A DNA stretch of 64,000 nt from Octopus bimaculoides (taxonomy: Eukaryota), in NCBI RefSeq assembly GCF_001194135.2, contig NC_068983.1:81552122-81616121 (forward strand). Direction: 5' to 3'. The notes under the pieces are model-generated. The model did no database searches. It had not been told where the DNA came from and worked only from the letters and a program-made list of their open reading frames with translations. Within the stretch, counting starts at the first letter, position 1; every line of letters begins with the position of its first letter. Shown piece after piece: positions 38,568 to 51,719 of the stretch. Made by a program: the position numbers and the translations under genes.

Positions 38568-38845
38568 TACGACGGGCTTCTTTCAGTTTCCATCTACCAA
38601 ATCCATTCACAAGGCTTTGGTTGGCCCAAGGCTGTAGCAGAAAATACCTGCCCAAGGTGCCACGCAGTGGGACTGAACCCAGAACCATGTGGTTGGTAAG
38701 CAAGCTACTTACCACACAGCCACTCCTGCGCCTATCGTTTACATTTTGAATTATTTTTGGTTACATTTTGAACCATTTACATATACTTGAGGGTACCAAA
38801 ACCTTTTAAGTGCTTAGGGACTTTATGGGTCTTAATCTGGCCCTG
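37618..38845. mobile_element. Non-autonomous hAT-type element containing a SINE
   Basis: Imperfect TIRs CAGCGCTGGATTAA and (reverse complement) CAGGGCCAGATTAA. Flanks GTCCCATG and GTTCCATA match at 6 of 8 positions, consistent with a decayed 8-bp TSD. Confidence 0.65.
37965..38732 (-). mobile_element. Full-length family B SINE (gap in its central microsatellite)
   Basis: Reverse complement of the 32193-32585 family. Confidence 0.9.
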
Positions 38846-38854
38846 GTTCCATAT

Positions 38855-39340
38855 ATCATGAAAACTAAGTTCCCCAAAACTGTATTGGTCTTTGGGAGTG
38901 TCTCTTTGGGAGTGACTTCATGCCACCCACATCTTTGAACAAAGCCTCAGGCTCAATTCAGAGGGCTATGTGAAGCTGCTGGGGACAGAGGTCAAACCCC
39001 GGCTAGAGAGAATTGCTGCTGGAAGGTCATACATGTGGCAGCAAGACTTGACTCCTTGCTGTATCTCTGGAAAGAGTCAGAAGTAGTTGTTGGAGAATTA
39101 CTATAACTTTAACCATCCCAATTTCTGGCATTATAATTTCCCTGATTGTTATCCCATAGATTTCTATGTGTGAGGGTATGGTTGTGAAAGACACCAACTG
39201 CTCTGCCTGCAACATCTGAGGCTGACCTGGTGGGCAAGTTGAAAGAGGTATTTGAAGATTTTTTCCCTGGGAAAATGTGAAGAATGCATGCACCAAGTTC
39301 TGGAGCTGTCTTGAGGCTATGGTTGAAGCTGAGACACCAG
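38855..39340 (+). mobile_element. maT-type (DD37D) Tc1/mariner transposase remnant
   Basis: MKTKFPKTVLVFG..FMPPHIFEQSLRLNSEGYVKLL..YMWQQD-(37 residues)-D within FPDCYPIDFYV, then ..KLKEVFED. Confidence 0.85.
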
Positions 39341-39970
39341 CCTATTGCAGGAGGCAAGGCCAACAATTTTGAGGAGAGGGGACGAGTTAATTGCACTGAT
39401 TCTAGTACTTAATTAGTACTTTATTTTATCAACCCCTGGAGGGATGAAAGGCAAAGTTGACCTCAGCACAATCAATTTGAACTCAGAATCTAAAGAGCTG
39501 GAAGAGGTGCCACAAAGCATTTCATCCAATGTGCTAATGATTCTGCAAGCTTGCTGCTTTAGTCCGTGATATACTAAGTCTGAGAATAAGGTGGGATGGT
39601 CATGGCCGAACGACACTCAATGTAAATCAACTTGATCAGGGTAGACAAGAAATTAAATGATAACACAACCCACCTTACACATACTCACACATACACACAG
39701 ATATATATACATAGACACGCCCACATACACACACACACACACACCTAGACACACACACACCCACACGCCTAGACACACCCACAAAACTCACCAACTTTAC
39801 CCATCACCAATGCAAAACCCACCTTACTTGTACATGTACATACACACATCTGCACACACACACATGCACACAAGCATGCATACACACCTAGATACACCCA
39901 CCACATTCACACATATATTACTACACATCACTAGCATCCAACCCACCTTACTCTCTGTCTCTGTCTCTGT

Positions 39971-40010
<40 letters not shown>

Positions 40011-40020
40011 NNNNNNNNNN

Positions 40021-40062
<42 letters not shown>

Positions 40063-40309
40063 ATATACATACTCCATTACCATCATATTGCTTTTTAAAG
40101 AAATTCTCCCTACTAACTGAAACTTCAGATAAGGAATAAAAGATAAAGGAGATTCCAGTATTTATCCAAGAGAAATAATCGGTCTGTGACTGCTTTTCAT
40201 GTGGATGGAATATTATCAGAGAAATTCTTTCTGAAAGCATAACCATTATTGTCTGAAGAATAAATGATTAACAGTTATTTACCAAATAGACGAATTAAGT
40301 TGTAATAGC

Positions 40310-40740
40310 AGTATGAGTAGTGCAGGTGGTAGTGGTGGTGGGGTGGTGGTGATTGTAGGGTTGTTGTTGTGGGTGGTGGTGGTGGTGGTGGTGGTAGAGT
40401 TATGTTGTTATTACTGTAGATGGTAGTGGCAGTGGTGTGATGGTAGTGGTAGTGGCATTGGCAGTGGTGTGGTGGTTGTAGAGTTTTGTAGTTGTGGTGA
40501 TGGTGGTAGTTGTGGTGGTGACAGAAGTGCTTGTGGTAATTGTAGAGTTATTATAGTGACGGCAGTAAGGTTGTTGTGGTGGTGAAGGTAGTGTTTGTCC
40601 TTACTGGTACTGTTGTTCTGTTGTAGTACTTTGTGGTGGTGTTGGCAATAGTAGTTCTCATGGTAACTGTAGAATTTCTGCTATGGTGATGGTAGTAGTG
40701 TGCGAGTGATGTTATTTGCATTGGTGGTAGAGGCAGTGGT
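40310..40740. repeat. (GGT/GTA)n low-complexity tract
   Basis: Seen directly. Confidence 0.85.
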
Positions 40741-40926
40741 ATGAGGACACATGGCCTATTGTTAGGGGGTTGCACTCATGATTGCAAGACCATAATTTCA
40801 ATTCCTGGACTGGGTGGTGCATTGTGTTCTTAAGCAAAACACTTCATTTCATGTTGCTCTGCGATCATTTTGACACCTGATGTGTCTGGTAGACCTTCCA
40901 ACATTGATTTGATGGAAGGAGTGAGC

Positions 40927-41000
40927 TAGGGCTGGATTAAGCCCTTTTGAGGCCCTAAGCACTTAAAAGATTTTGGTACTCCCATACATATGTATTATGG
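40927..41000. mobile_element. Isolated terminus of the same hAT family as 37618-38845
   Basis: TAGGGCTGGATTAAGCCC...CCCTAAGCACTTAAAAGATTTTGGTAC matches the reverse complement of 38780-38845. Confidence 0.6.
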
Positions 41001-41610
41001 GAGAACCCTGAACTCACCCATGTGACTGAAGGTGGACTAATCAATTACAATAGATAAGAACTGAGTGAACTGTCAGTGGGGTTGTTGACGGTGGGTTGGA
41101 TGCTTTGACAGGTACCAGCCTGATAGAAAGCTATACCAGGCTACTGTGTCTGTTATGGCATGGTTCTTACAGCTGAATGCCCTTCCTAATACCAGCCACT
41201 CCATAGAGTAGAATGAGTGCTTTTTATGTGGCACCAGCACAGGTGAGGTTAGTTTTGGATGGTTTTTACAGCTGGATGTATAGTATGTACTAATTAAATC
41301 TTGTGTATCATTAGGCTTCGTACAATTTATATTTCTCATTCCTTCATTAGATCTGAGTTGGTTGTTCACTTACATTTTTGAATAAGCCTGTTGTGTAATT
41401 CATTGGTGTGTGGTGTGTGTGGTGTTCTTATTTATTCCTTAATTTCAATAATTATAAGGTTTGTGCAAACACCTTTTATATATATACATTGCTTATATGC
41501 TTTTTAATGCATATTATCTTTTGATGGTAATGTGCAGTGTAAGATTTTTTTCTAAATAGTAACTTGATGACAAATATATTTTTCAGAACATTCATTCTGT
41601 GTATTTGAAT

Positions 41611-42005
41611 GGAGTGGCTGTGTGGTAAGTAGCTTGCTTACCAACCACATGGTTCTGGGTTCAGTCCCACTGTATGGCACCTTGGGAAAGTGTTTTCTAC
41701 TATAGCCTCGAACTGAATAAAGCCTTGTGAGTGGATTTGGTAGATGGAAACTAAAAGAAGCCCGTCGTATATATGTATATGCATATATATATATGTGTGT
41801 GCTTGTGTGTCTGTGTTTGTCCTCCACCAATATCGCCTGACAACCGATGCTGGTGTGTTTACGTACCTGCAACTTAGCAGTTCAGCAAAAGAGACCAATA
41901 GAATAAGTACTAGGCTTCCAAAGAATAAGTCCTGGGGTCAATTTGCTTGACTAAAGGCGGTGTTCCAGCATGGCCGCGGTCAAATGACTGAAACAAGTAA
42001 AAGAG
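41611..42005 (+). mobile_element. Full-length family B SINE
   Basis: Colinear with 32193-32585. Confidence 0.9.
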
Positions 42006-42014
42006 TATAGTGGA

Positions 42015-42270
42015 AATGTATGGCTTAGTGGTTAGAGCAATCGGCTCATGATCATAAATTGTGGTTTCAATTCCTGGACTGAGCAATGCATTGTGTTTTT
42101 AAGCAAAACACTTCATTTCACATTGCTCCAGTTCACTCAGCTGGAAAAAATGAGTAATCCTGCAATGGGCGGGTGTCCAGTCCAGATGGGGAATTTATAT
42201 GCCATGGAAACCAGGAAATTGGCCCTTATCAGTCAGCATGACTTGAGAAGAAAGGAAGGTATTTGAATAT
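42015..42270 (+). mobile_element. tRNA-derived SINE with CORE-like segment (family D)
   Basis: GGCTTAGTGGTTAGAGC A-box, TCAATTCCTGG, TGTGTTTTTAAGCAAAACACTT..GCTCCAGTTCACTCAGCTG. A related partial copy lies at about 40745-40870. Confidence 0.65.
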
Positions 42271-42715
42271 TCACACCCAGTGTAATATCTGTTGTACACT
42301 AATGTAAAATATTTATAAGCCTTAAAAAAAATTAATTGTTCAATGCAAAGACCAACCCTGATCTAGCAGATCCATGATCAAAAATATTTCACCTGTAAAT
42401 TATACTAACTTTCATCTCTGAAACTACCAGGAATGGTAGCCAAACATTATCTGAATTATGTAGGGCATTGTTCTGATTTGCAAGCTCCCATCAAACAATC
42501 TAACTCATGCCAGCATAGAAAACAGATGTTAAATGATAATGATGATGATGATGATGATGATGTTGATGACAACGATGATGATGATGACAATGATGATGAT
42601 GATGATGATGATGATAATGATAATGATAATGAATATAAAGATGAACGAAATGCCGCTAAGCAGTTTGCCCAGCAGGCTAACGATTGTACCAGTACACCAC
42701 CTTAATAACAATAAC

Positions 42716-42759
<44 letters not shown>

Positions 42760-42869
42760 CAACAATAATAACAAGATTAATTGTAATGAAAAAAGAATAA
42801 GAAAAATAGTTTAAAGAGAAAATTAAAAGATAAATAATGACATGATCGGCAGGAATGGTTAGGAAAAGA

Positions 42870-43180
42870 AGATGGAAGAAGACTAGAAATATGTATTATT
42901 ATGACAATGATGAGTTAATACAAAGGAACAGAAAGATGAGGAGGAGGAGGAGGTGGAATTAGAAGTTGGGGAAGGAGAATAAGAAGAAGGAGAAATGGGG
43001 AGGAGGAGGAGAAGGACCAGAAGAAGAAAACACAGAAGAATAAGAAGAGAAAGATGAAAAGAAATGAAGAAAGATGAGGAGGAGGGGAAGAAGAAGAAAA
43101 TACAGAAGAATAAGAAGAGAAAGAAGAAAAGAAATGAAGAAAGATGAGGACGAGGACGAGGAAGAGGGGAAGAAGAATAC
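42870..43180. repeat. (GAA/GAG)n polypurine tract with a duplication of about 70 bp
   Basis: GAAGAAGAAAA(C/T)ACAGAAGAATAAGAAGAGAAAGA(T/A)GAAAAGAAATGAAGAAAGATGAGGA occurs twice. Confidence 0.85.
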
Positions 43181-43542
43181 CTGCTTTATTAAATCATAAT
43201 CAATAATAGTGATAATAAGTGTTTTTAAAGGAAATAATTTCTGAATTTGACCAAAAGACTGAGATTGAGGAATTTATGTACGTTTGAACCATTTGTAAAG
43301 TGATATACCCGCCACCATAATTACACTGAACCGAGCCTTATAATTGATAGACACCAATCTTTTCTTTGGCAACATTCTTCTGATTTTTCTACAAAAAGAC
43401 AAGGAATCTGAAATATAAGAAGAAACTCCATTTTCAAAGAACATTCTAAACTATTTCTTGGACAAAAATGAATTATTTCTTTTAATCTTCTTGCGATATG
43501 ATTTTATATCTAAGCTATTGTTTCTCACTGTATTTAAATACA

Positions 43543-43589
<47 letters not shown>

Positions 43590-43639
43590 NNNNNNNNNNN
43601 NNNNNNNNNNNNNNNNNNNNNNNNNNNNNNNNNNNNNNN

Positions 43640-43687
<48 letters not shown>

Positions 43688-44884
43688 AAGACAAGTACAC
43701 TTATTTATATACGCACATAAATAAGCTAACATAGTTTTATTCAAACAAATCCACTGCAAGTATTTAAAAAAGGTCTCTTTGATAAAAGGATGTATTGGAA
43801 GAAATAAAAGAGAATAAGTACTTTTGGATTTACAAACCAAAAGTTATTTCTTTCTCCAACCACTACTGATACCTACATTCCTTTCTTTCTTTCTTTCACC
43901 GTTTCTTTCTTTCTGTTTCTCTCTTCATTTCTTCGTTTGTTTGTTTGTTTGTTTGTTTCTTTCTTTCACCCTTTCTTTCTCCATTTCTTTCTTTCATTCT
44001 CCATTTCTTTCTTTCATTCTCCATTTCTTTCTTTCTTCCTTCCTTCCTTCCTTTCTTTCTTTCTCTGTTTCTTTTTCTGTTTCTTTCTTACTCCATTTCT
44101 TTCTTTCTTTCTTTCTTTGTTTCTATCATTTTCTCTTCCTCTCTCCCTTTCTTTCTTCTTTGTTCCTTCCTTCCTTCAACATCTCTCCAAATCTTTGTCA
44201 GGCAGAATACTTAAATGGCAAGATGAATGAGTTAACTGTCTCATAATTGAAATACTTGGCTAATTCTAAGTGCATATCTGTGTGCATGCATTTCTGTCAG
44301 CCTCTTGCTCTCTCCCTATACACATACATGCATACACACACACAAACATACACATTCCCCCTTTTCCTCCACACTCTCTCTCTCAATCACTCATACGTGC
44401 ACACTCATGGAGGCAATGGCCTTACAGAGGCATTTTGCCCCATGGAGGCAATGACAAATGACTGAGACATACTGTGTTTGAGTAGAAGACCCAGCAAGCC
44501 AAGTGAAATCATAGTCATGGCAAATACCGGTGTCACGCAACTGGCAGGCATGCTGGTGGCATGTAAAAGCACCCATTACACTCTCAGAGTGGTTGGCATT
44601 AGGAAGGGCAACCAACCGTAGAAACCATGCCAAATCTGACTGGAATCTGGTGCAGCCCCTCAGCTTGTCAGCCCTGGTCAAACCATACAACCCATACCAA
44701 CATGGACAATGGACATTGAATGTCGATGATGATGACCATGGACTTCTTTCATTTCTGTTTATCAAATCCCCTCACAAGGCCTTGGTTAACTGAGGTGCCA
44801 CACAGTAGGACTGAACTCAAGACCACATGTTTGGGAAGCAAGCTTCCTATAATTCAGTCATGCTTCCATTTAAATCTCTCTCTT

Positions 44885-45270
44885 TTACTCTTTTATTTGT
44901 TCCAGTCATTTGACTGTGGCCATGCTGGAGCACTGCCTTTAGTTGAACAAATTGACCCCAGGACTTATTCTTTGTAAGCCTAGTACTTATTCTATCAGTG
45001 TCTTTTGCTGAACTGCTAAGTTACGGGTATGTAAACACACCACCATCAGTTGTCAAGTGATGGTGGGGAAACAAGCATAGACACACAAACACACACACAC
45101 ACATATACGATGGGCTGCTTTCAGCTTCCATCTACCAAATCCACTCACAAGGCTTTGGTTGGCCTGAGGCTATAGTAGAAAACACTTGCCCAAAGTGTCA
45201 CGCAGTGGGACTGAACCCGGAACCATGTGGTTGGTAAGCAAGCCACTTACCACACAGCCACTCCTGCACC
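44885..45270 (-). mobile_element. Full-length family B SINE, CpG-decayed
   Basis: Reverse complement of the family B sequence. Confidence 0.9.
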
Positions 45271-45829
45271 TATATTTTTATGCCATCAAGCAATATATTA
45301 CTGGTTATAGCATATGACTAGTCAGAGAATGCAGAATGCCAGTATCAGTTTTGCACCAAATATGGCTACTAGAGTTGTTGAACATACACAGACACTAGGT
45401 TGGTTTGGTGGTGGCAGAGGATGAAACAAAATTCAGAGAAGAATTTTTTAGGGAAGATTGGAATAGTTATTTCTAATGGTTTAGTGCTAGCTGTGGGTGA
45501 AGTATGTAGACAAAGTTGACAGTCATGGAGTTTGAATTCATAATTGTAATAATCCTTTCGACTATAGACACAATGTCTGAAATTTGGAGGAGGAGCTAAT
45601 CGATTACATTGACCCCGATACTCAACTGGTACTTATTTCATTGACCCTGAAAAGATGAAGGGCAAAGTTGACCCTGGTGAAAGTTGAACTCTGAACATAG
45701 ACAGATGAAATGCCACTAAGCGATTTGTCTAGCATTCTAATGGTTCAGCCAGCTCCTCACCTTGTTTGTAAGAGTAATAATAATTTCTTTTATTTACCAC
45801 AGGGGTGTCCAAAGAAAGGGACATTACAA

Positions 45830-47990
45830 AACTAGATTTACATGAAAAAAAATCAAATGTGATGAAATGCATACAAGGTCTACCTTATGAATGGATTTCA
45901 CACTCTGCAGGTGGTGTAGTTTCAGTGCATCTCTGTGCATTATCACCCACGATATGCTGAGTCCTACCATGCAGAGGATGCTAGCAACAGATGAATTGAC
46001 TGACTTGTAAAACATATTTCTTCTTCAAAATGCTGAGCAGCTGATACTCCATCCAGTTAGATGAAAACTGGAGCAAGGCATGAGGGTCAGGTGGTAAATT
46101 ATGTCAGATGTGACATAGACATTTGCTACCTCTGCCTAATTGTTCAGAGATAGATTTTCTCTCTGCCCATTTCTGTGTGAGACTGTCACCCAGCTAATTA
46201 TCTCATCACAGTTCTGAACATTTCCACCAGCATGATGTCTGACACCATTATGATGATGTTGTCCACATACGGACACAGCTTTTCCAAGCCCTAGTTTGAA
46301 AAGGGTGTCCTTCGACACCTTTCACTTCAGCAGCAGGCTCAAAGCCAGCATATAAAGAAGTGACGATAACTTTGACAGACTGAGCGTACAATATCAATCA
46401 GTTTAAAAAGATGGACATTCACTTGGATCACAAAGTAGGTGCATTGTTGTGATTCATTTGAAAATGGGACAAAAATCAGCTGTTTTGAGAGTATCTGCTA
46501 AATTAAGATGGTAGACTCATATGAAACCTTTCAGCTGATTCAAATAGATCAGGAACCCACTAGAGCCAGGTTTCTCAGCCATCTTCTCTGCACAAAGTCG
46601 AGGTTGTTATGTATAGATTTGCTCAGTACTATGCATGTTTTGCATTTCTCCAGACAAATCCCCAATGACAAGCACCAGTCTTAAAATTGCATTCTATAGA
46701 GTTATTGGCTGGAAGTTATCTATGACATCCTCCTGGGTGGCATCTTTTATCAATAGGCTACCATCTACCAGCTCCCAGAACTGAGGATTCTTCTATCATG
46801 CTGCCAGCTGTGGTAGACTTCAGCCAAATATTCACCACACAAGTCTGTATTTGTAAAACTCATGGAGCAGACTGGGTGACCAGAGTAATTTGCATCTCTT
46901 GCAATGCTTAGTGCTTATCATGTTTCAACACCTGTTATCATCTATTTATAGTACCCTGTGTCTTCTACAGAGATTCATGGCAGGCATTGAGATAGATATT
47001 GAAGTCCACTACTTTCTGTGATCCATCACTTGTTCTAAATAACCAACCAATGTGATACTGAAAAATTGCATGCTTCTGCATGCAGTTTTCCAAGCAGCAT
47101 GCATTCATCCTAGTCCTGCATAAATCAAATTGTGGATTGTTACCTGTTATGTCTCAAGTTATTGCTCTCTAGCACCTTCGGATGATCTCTATTCAACTGC
47201 TTACTGACTGCTACTCAATAGCTCTACCAACTCACCTACCACAGCCAGACTACCTTTATTTGTATGTCTTGCGGGCGTTGACACAACATTACCATTGAAA
47301 CATTATTTAATACATGCACCTTAATTTTGACAATGCAGCCTTCATGTTTCATGTTGAAGAAATGATTGAAGGCCATACCCACTGCCCACAATGACTTTCC
47401 TAATCATTTCTTCTGACTTACTAACACTGCTGCTAATCTAGTTCTCTCTATTGCTAGTTTTTACTAAATGCTGTTAATTTTGCTTTAATAGCCTTCTTCA
47501 GGATAATTTGTTGTGTCCACATTGGTACAATCAGAAAGTCCATTTGATATCTATCAGCTGCAACCATCTTAGCAACTTTGTGAGGTTGTTTCATTCACTC
47601 CTTCTGTTAGCTAACTGTACACAATCCTATCATACATCTAAAATACAATTTCAACTCTCCACTAGTACTAAAGAGTAGGACATTTCCAGAAAGTCTTCTA
47701 TACATTTGAAGAACTCCATCCATCCTCCCTTGTTTGTATTTAGATGACTACAAGTCTGATTGTACTTCCTTCACTATTATTCACATACAGCACCATTAAC
47801 TGACTATCAGAGTTCTAAACATTGCCTCTACCATGAATTATAAGGCTTTCCTGAACGATACTGCCAAATCATCACCCAAGTACATCTCTCAGTGCAAATG
47901 CTCCAGAAGCGCTTGTCTCATTAATGGCTTCTACATTTATGTCTAGTGACCTGAGGACATTGAACAAGGAGTAGTGTTGATGTCATTGAT
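45830..47990 (-). mobile_element. Decayed L1/Tx1-like LINE ORF2 (APE remnant and RT)
   Basis: Minus-strand frames give LIKDATQEDVIDNFQPITL*NA, LVIGDL, SKSIHNNLD, LIYLNQLKGF (DxxKAFD-like), YVDNIIIMVSD (YADD-like) and GLSISWVIMHRDALKLHHLQ. Upstream lies MVLYVNNSEGSTIRLVVI (APE-like). Confidence 0.72.
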
Positions 47991-48948
47991 ACATTTTGCA
48001 TTGCTTCCTTACTAATTTAGAGTGGGAGAGCAGGAAAAAGAGTTTTCTTTAAAGCTAAATGTTCGTATGTTTATGTGGGTGTTTGTGTTCATGTGTGTGT
48101 GTGTATCAATGTGTACATGAGTACATATCATCATCATCATCATCTTCATTTAGCATCTGTTTTTCATGCTGGCAGGGGTTAAATGGTTTGATTGGAACTG
48201 GTAAGCTAGAGAGCTGCACCAAGTTCCAGTCTGATCTTGACTTGGTTTCTATGGCTGGATGCCTTTCCTAACACCAACAACTCCAAGAGAGTAATGGGTG
48301 CTTTTTATGCATCAGTAGCACAGGTGGTTTTACATGTCACTGGTACTTTTGAAACGCAGAGTAGATGAAACAGGGTCAACTGACGAAGGGGTATACTCTT
48401 TATGTTGCATGTCTCGTTTCTCTGTTTGTTTTTTTCGTTTTCTGTTTTCGTTTTTGGTTTCGTTTCTCATTGTGTTTAACGTTTTCTTGATGCCCTGTAC
48501 CCATATATGCATGTATGTATACATATAGATGTAGGTATGTACATATATGTATATATTATTTATATTATTATATATANNNNNNNNNNNNNNNNNNNNNNNN
48601 NNNNNNNNNNNNNNNNNNNNNNNNNNNNNNNNNNNNNNNNNNNNNNNNNNNNNNNNNNNNNNNNNNNNNNNNNNNNNNNNNNNNNNNNNNNNNNNNNNNN
48701 NNNNNNNNNNNNNNNNNNNNNNNNNNNNNNNNNNNNNNNNNNNNNNNNNNNNNNNNNNNNNNNNNNNNNNNNNNNNNNNNNNNNNNNNNNNNNNNNNNNN
48801 NNNNNNNNNNNNNNNNNNNNNNNNNNNNNNNNNNNNNNNNNNNNNNNNNNNNNNNNNNNNNNNNNNNNNNNNNNNNNNNNNNNNNNNNNNNNNNNNNNNN
48901 NNNNNNNNNNNNNNNNNNNNNNNNNNNNNNNNNNNNNNNNNNNNNNNN

Positions 48949-48989
<41 letters not shown>

Positions 48990-49610
48990 CCTTATTTCCT
49001 GATGATGGGGACATTGTCAGTGTGAAACTAAAGGATTCATACCTTGTAGACAAATGGACTCCAGAAACTGCTGTTGAAATATATCTTATATACTGCTATA
49101 ACCCTCTATAAACATTTCTTTAGAGCTCTTAAAACACATTTCTCCCTATTATTTCTCTGACTTTTATATCTATCATTAAGATTTCTCACCGATGTCAATA
49201 TATCTTACAACTTTTAATACTAAATTCAACATTTTTAATCTTAAATTTAATATGATTTTTAATCAATGAATCACTCTTTATTTATTTGTTTCATGTATAT
49301 TTTTACCTCATGTATTTCTTATTTCTATTCTAAATAATATATTGATATGTTCCTTGGCTTACTAATATTTATTGTGTTATATGTATTTATTATGTTGATG
49401 TAAATCATAACTATAGGATGATTGTCTAAGTTTTGTTTCTTCTTAAACCAAATTATATATTATAAATGCTGATAGGTTACTCTTTTAAATAGAATGTACT
49501 GAAAAGCTAGTACAAAGCAATTTTTAACATTTTCTGTTAATGTTTCAAAATTTATGATTCTATTTTTAGTAAAACCTCTAAAAGTAGACATTTTCTTATT
49601 TATATTTTAG

Positions 49611-49810
49611 GTGTTCAAGACTCAGCTGAGATTTTGTATATTCATCTTCATCTTCCTTGCTTCCATGCACAACAGCTGTTGGCTGTGCCTGCCATTGTCA
49701 AACGTGATATTTCGCATGAGCATCTGATATCAAAAGTCATGCGTGATACTTCTGCTATTATAAAGCCTCAGCAATCATGTTTTGCACTTTGCCTGCCTAT
49801 TGAAGGCAGG
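49611..49810 (+). CDS. Candidate 200-bp coding exon, weak GAF-domain-like pattern
   Basis: Acceptor TTTTCTTATTTATATTTTAG and donor GCAGG|GTTTGT. Open frame VQDSAEILYIHLHLPCFHAQQLLAVPAIVKRDISHEHLISKVMRDTSAIIKPQQSCFALCLPIEGR. The similarity is by eye only. Confidence 0.3.
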
Positions 49811-49988
49811 GTTTGTCCTTTGAAACATGATAGTCTCTACTGTCTTCCTTCATTGTATGTCTACATCTACACACACATGCACACTTGCCCAACATACACA
49901 CACACATACGTGCATGCTCATGCATATATACACACACCTGTGCACTCACACATGAACACACATACAGACTTGCATACACACACACACT

Positions 49989-50028
<40 letters not shown>

Positions 50029-50346
50029 ACACATTATTTTTTCTTTGTATCATTCATATGTCATGTCAGTTTCCCCTCTTCTGTTGCCTTTCAACTGGTA
50101 GGATTATTCACTTTTTTCCCTCTTGGTGTAGAAGTTGCCATTCGTTGCTCAATGAAAAACATAGGGTGGAAGTTCAAATTCAGTTAAAGTTTATTATCTT
50201 GTGTAATATTTACGAAATGAATTTTTCCTCTGATCATCTATTTTAATCTTCAACATAAAACTGAAACTGAAGTTGAAAATATAGTTAAAATTACATATTC
50301 TGTATTGTTGTCTCTTTCCCCTCATCATTTGTAGATATTTCATTTA

Positions 50347-50570
50347 TAAGGTGGCAGGCTGGCAGAAACATTAGCACGCTGGGCAAAATCCTTAGCAGTA
50401 TTTCATCTCTCTTTACATTCTGAGATCAAATTCCACTGAGGTCAACTTTGCTTTTCATCCTTTCGAGGTCGATAAATTAAGTACCAGTTGTGTACTGAGG
50501 TTAATCTAATCGACTGGCTCCCTCCCCAAAAATTTTGGGCCTTGTGCCTAGTGTAGAAAAGATTATATTT
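50347..50570 (+). mobile_element. Family A SINE
   Basis: AAGGTGGCAGGCTGGCAGAAACATTAGCACG...GGCCTTGTGCCTAGTGTAGAAAAGATTAT. Confidence 0.85.
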
Positions 50571-51719
50571 CATTTGTACAACTCAGAAACTATGAAACCC
50601 TTTGTGATTTTTAAGTCAGTTAAATGTTCCAAAGTTATGTATAATTCAAATGTATGCAAATAGAATAACACTTTGTAACATGATTTTTGTCCTTGGGTAG
50701 CAACTGTTATTTCCTTTTTACTTACCCCTAGAAAGTATGAAAATGGTTAATATTTCCTTCAGACTTTGCTTTTGTTACATTTATTCAAATTCTAATGGAT
50801 CCCTTCAGCACATGGCTATAATGCTCCCCCTCTACATCTGCTCATGAGCAGAGATACACATGTTGACATGATCAAGTGGTTACAAGCAAATTTGTGGTAT
50901 TGAGCAGAATATTTGCTATAACAATATTACTGCTTCAGTGCTGAATCTGTCTGAAATGTAATGGAAAATAGGTCAGTTTCAAAACATTGATGTCCAAGTC
51001 ACAAAAGCAAAGCTTGAAGGGAAATGTAGTCATCTCCTTTGATTTCTTGATAGAAGTAAAAAAGAAATAACACTTACTGACCAAAAGCAAAAGAAAATAA
51101 TAATTTTGTTACACGGTGCAATATGAAATTGAAGAACGAACAGTGATGCATATGGCCACCAAGTTAGATGTGTTTAGTGGAACTCAAAAGCTTTTCAATA
51201 AAATTCATTGAAACTGATGAGGATTTGCCTGGTAAATATTTAAATCTTACTGAAGATACTTAGCTTCAAGGACAAAAGTATTGTTTGCATGTTTATTTCA
51301 TTTTATTTTTTCTCTCCACCAAAATGTTCATCTGTTTATATTATCTTCAGGAAGGTGATATTTTTTGGTGCAATTGTAAATCACCTTTATACAAGAGTTT
51401 ATAATATCTATGATTTATGAGGCAATGTTTATTTATGAAATTTTAGGTAATACTGTAACAAAATATTTGTAAAGTAGGTAGAGTTATTTCTTTATCTATT
51501 TTTTGCATTATAAATTGAGGTGCAGTTCTATATTTAGTGTATCTTAACTATTTTATTAACTTACTGGGGTTGACATAATCAACTAACCCCTTCTCTCAAA
51601 ATTTCAGGCCTTGTCCTTATAGTGGAAAGAATTATTTCATGTCAGCATCTTTCAACACATGTTCCAAATACCGTTTTAATAACAAAGAAGGTATTTTTTA
51701 AACTAATAGTAATGCCAGT

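Noticed and set aside
36660-40740. ACC-rich and GGT-rich tracts as long inverted repeats
   Set aside because: Only compositional complementarity, with no colinear homology seen.
51214-51250. CTGATGAGGATTT motif
   Set aside because: No stem II-GAAA or stem I complement, so a chance match.
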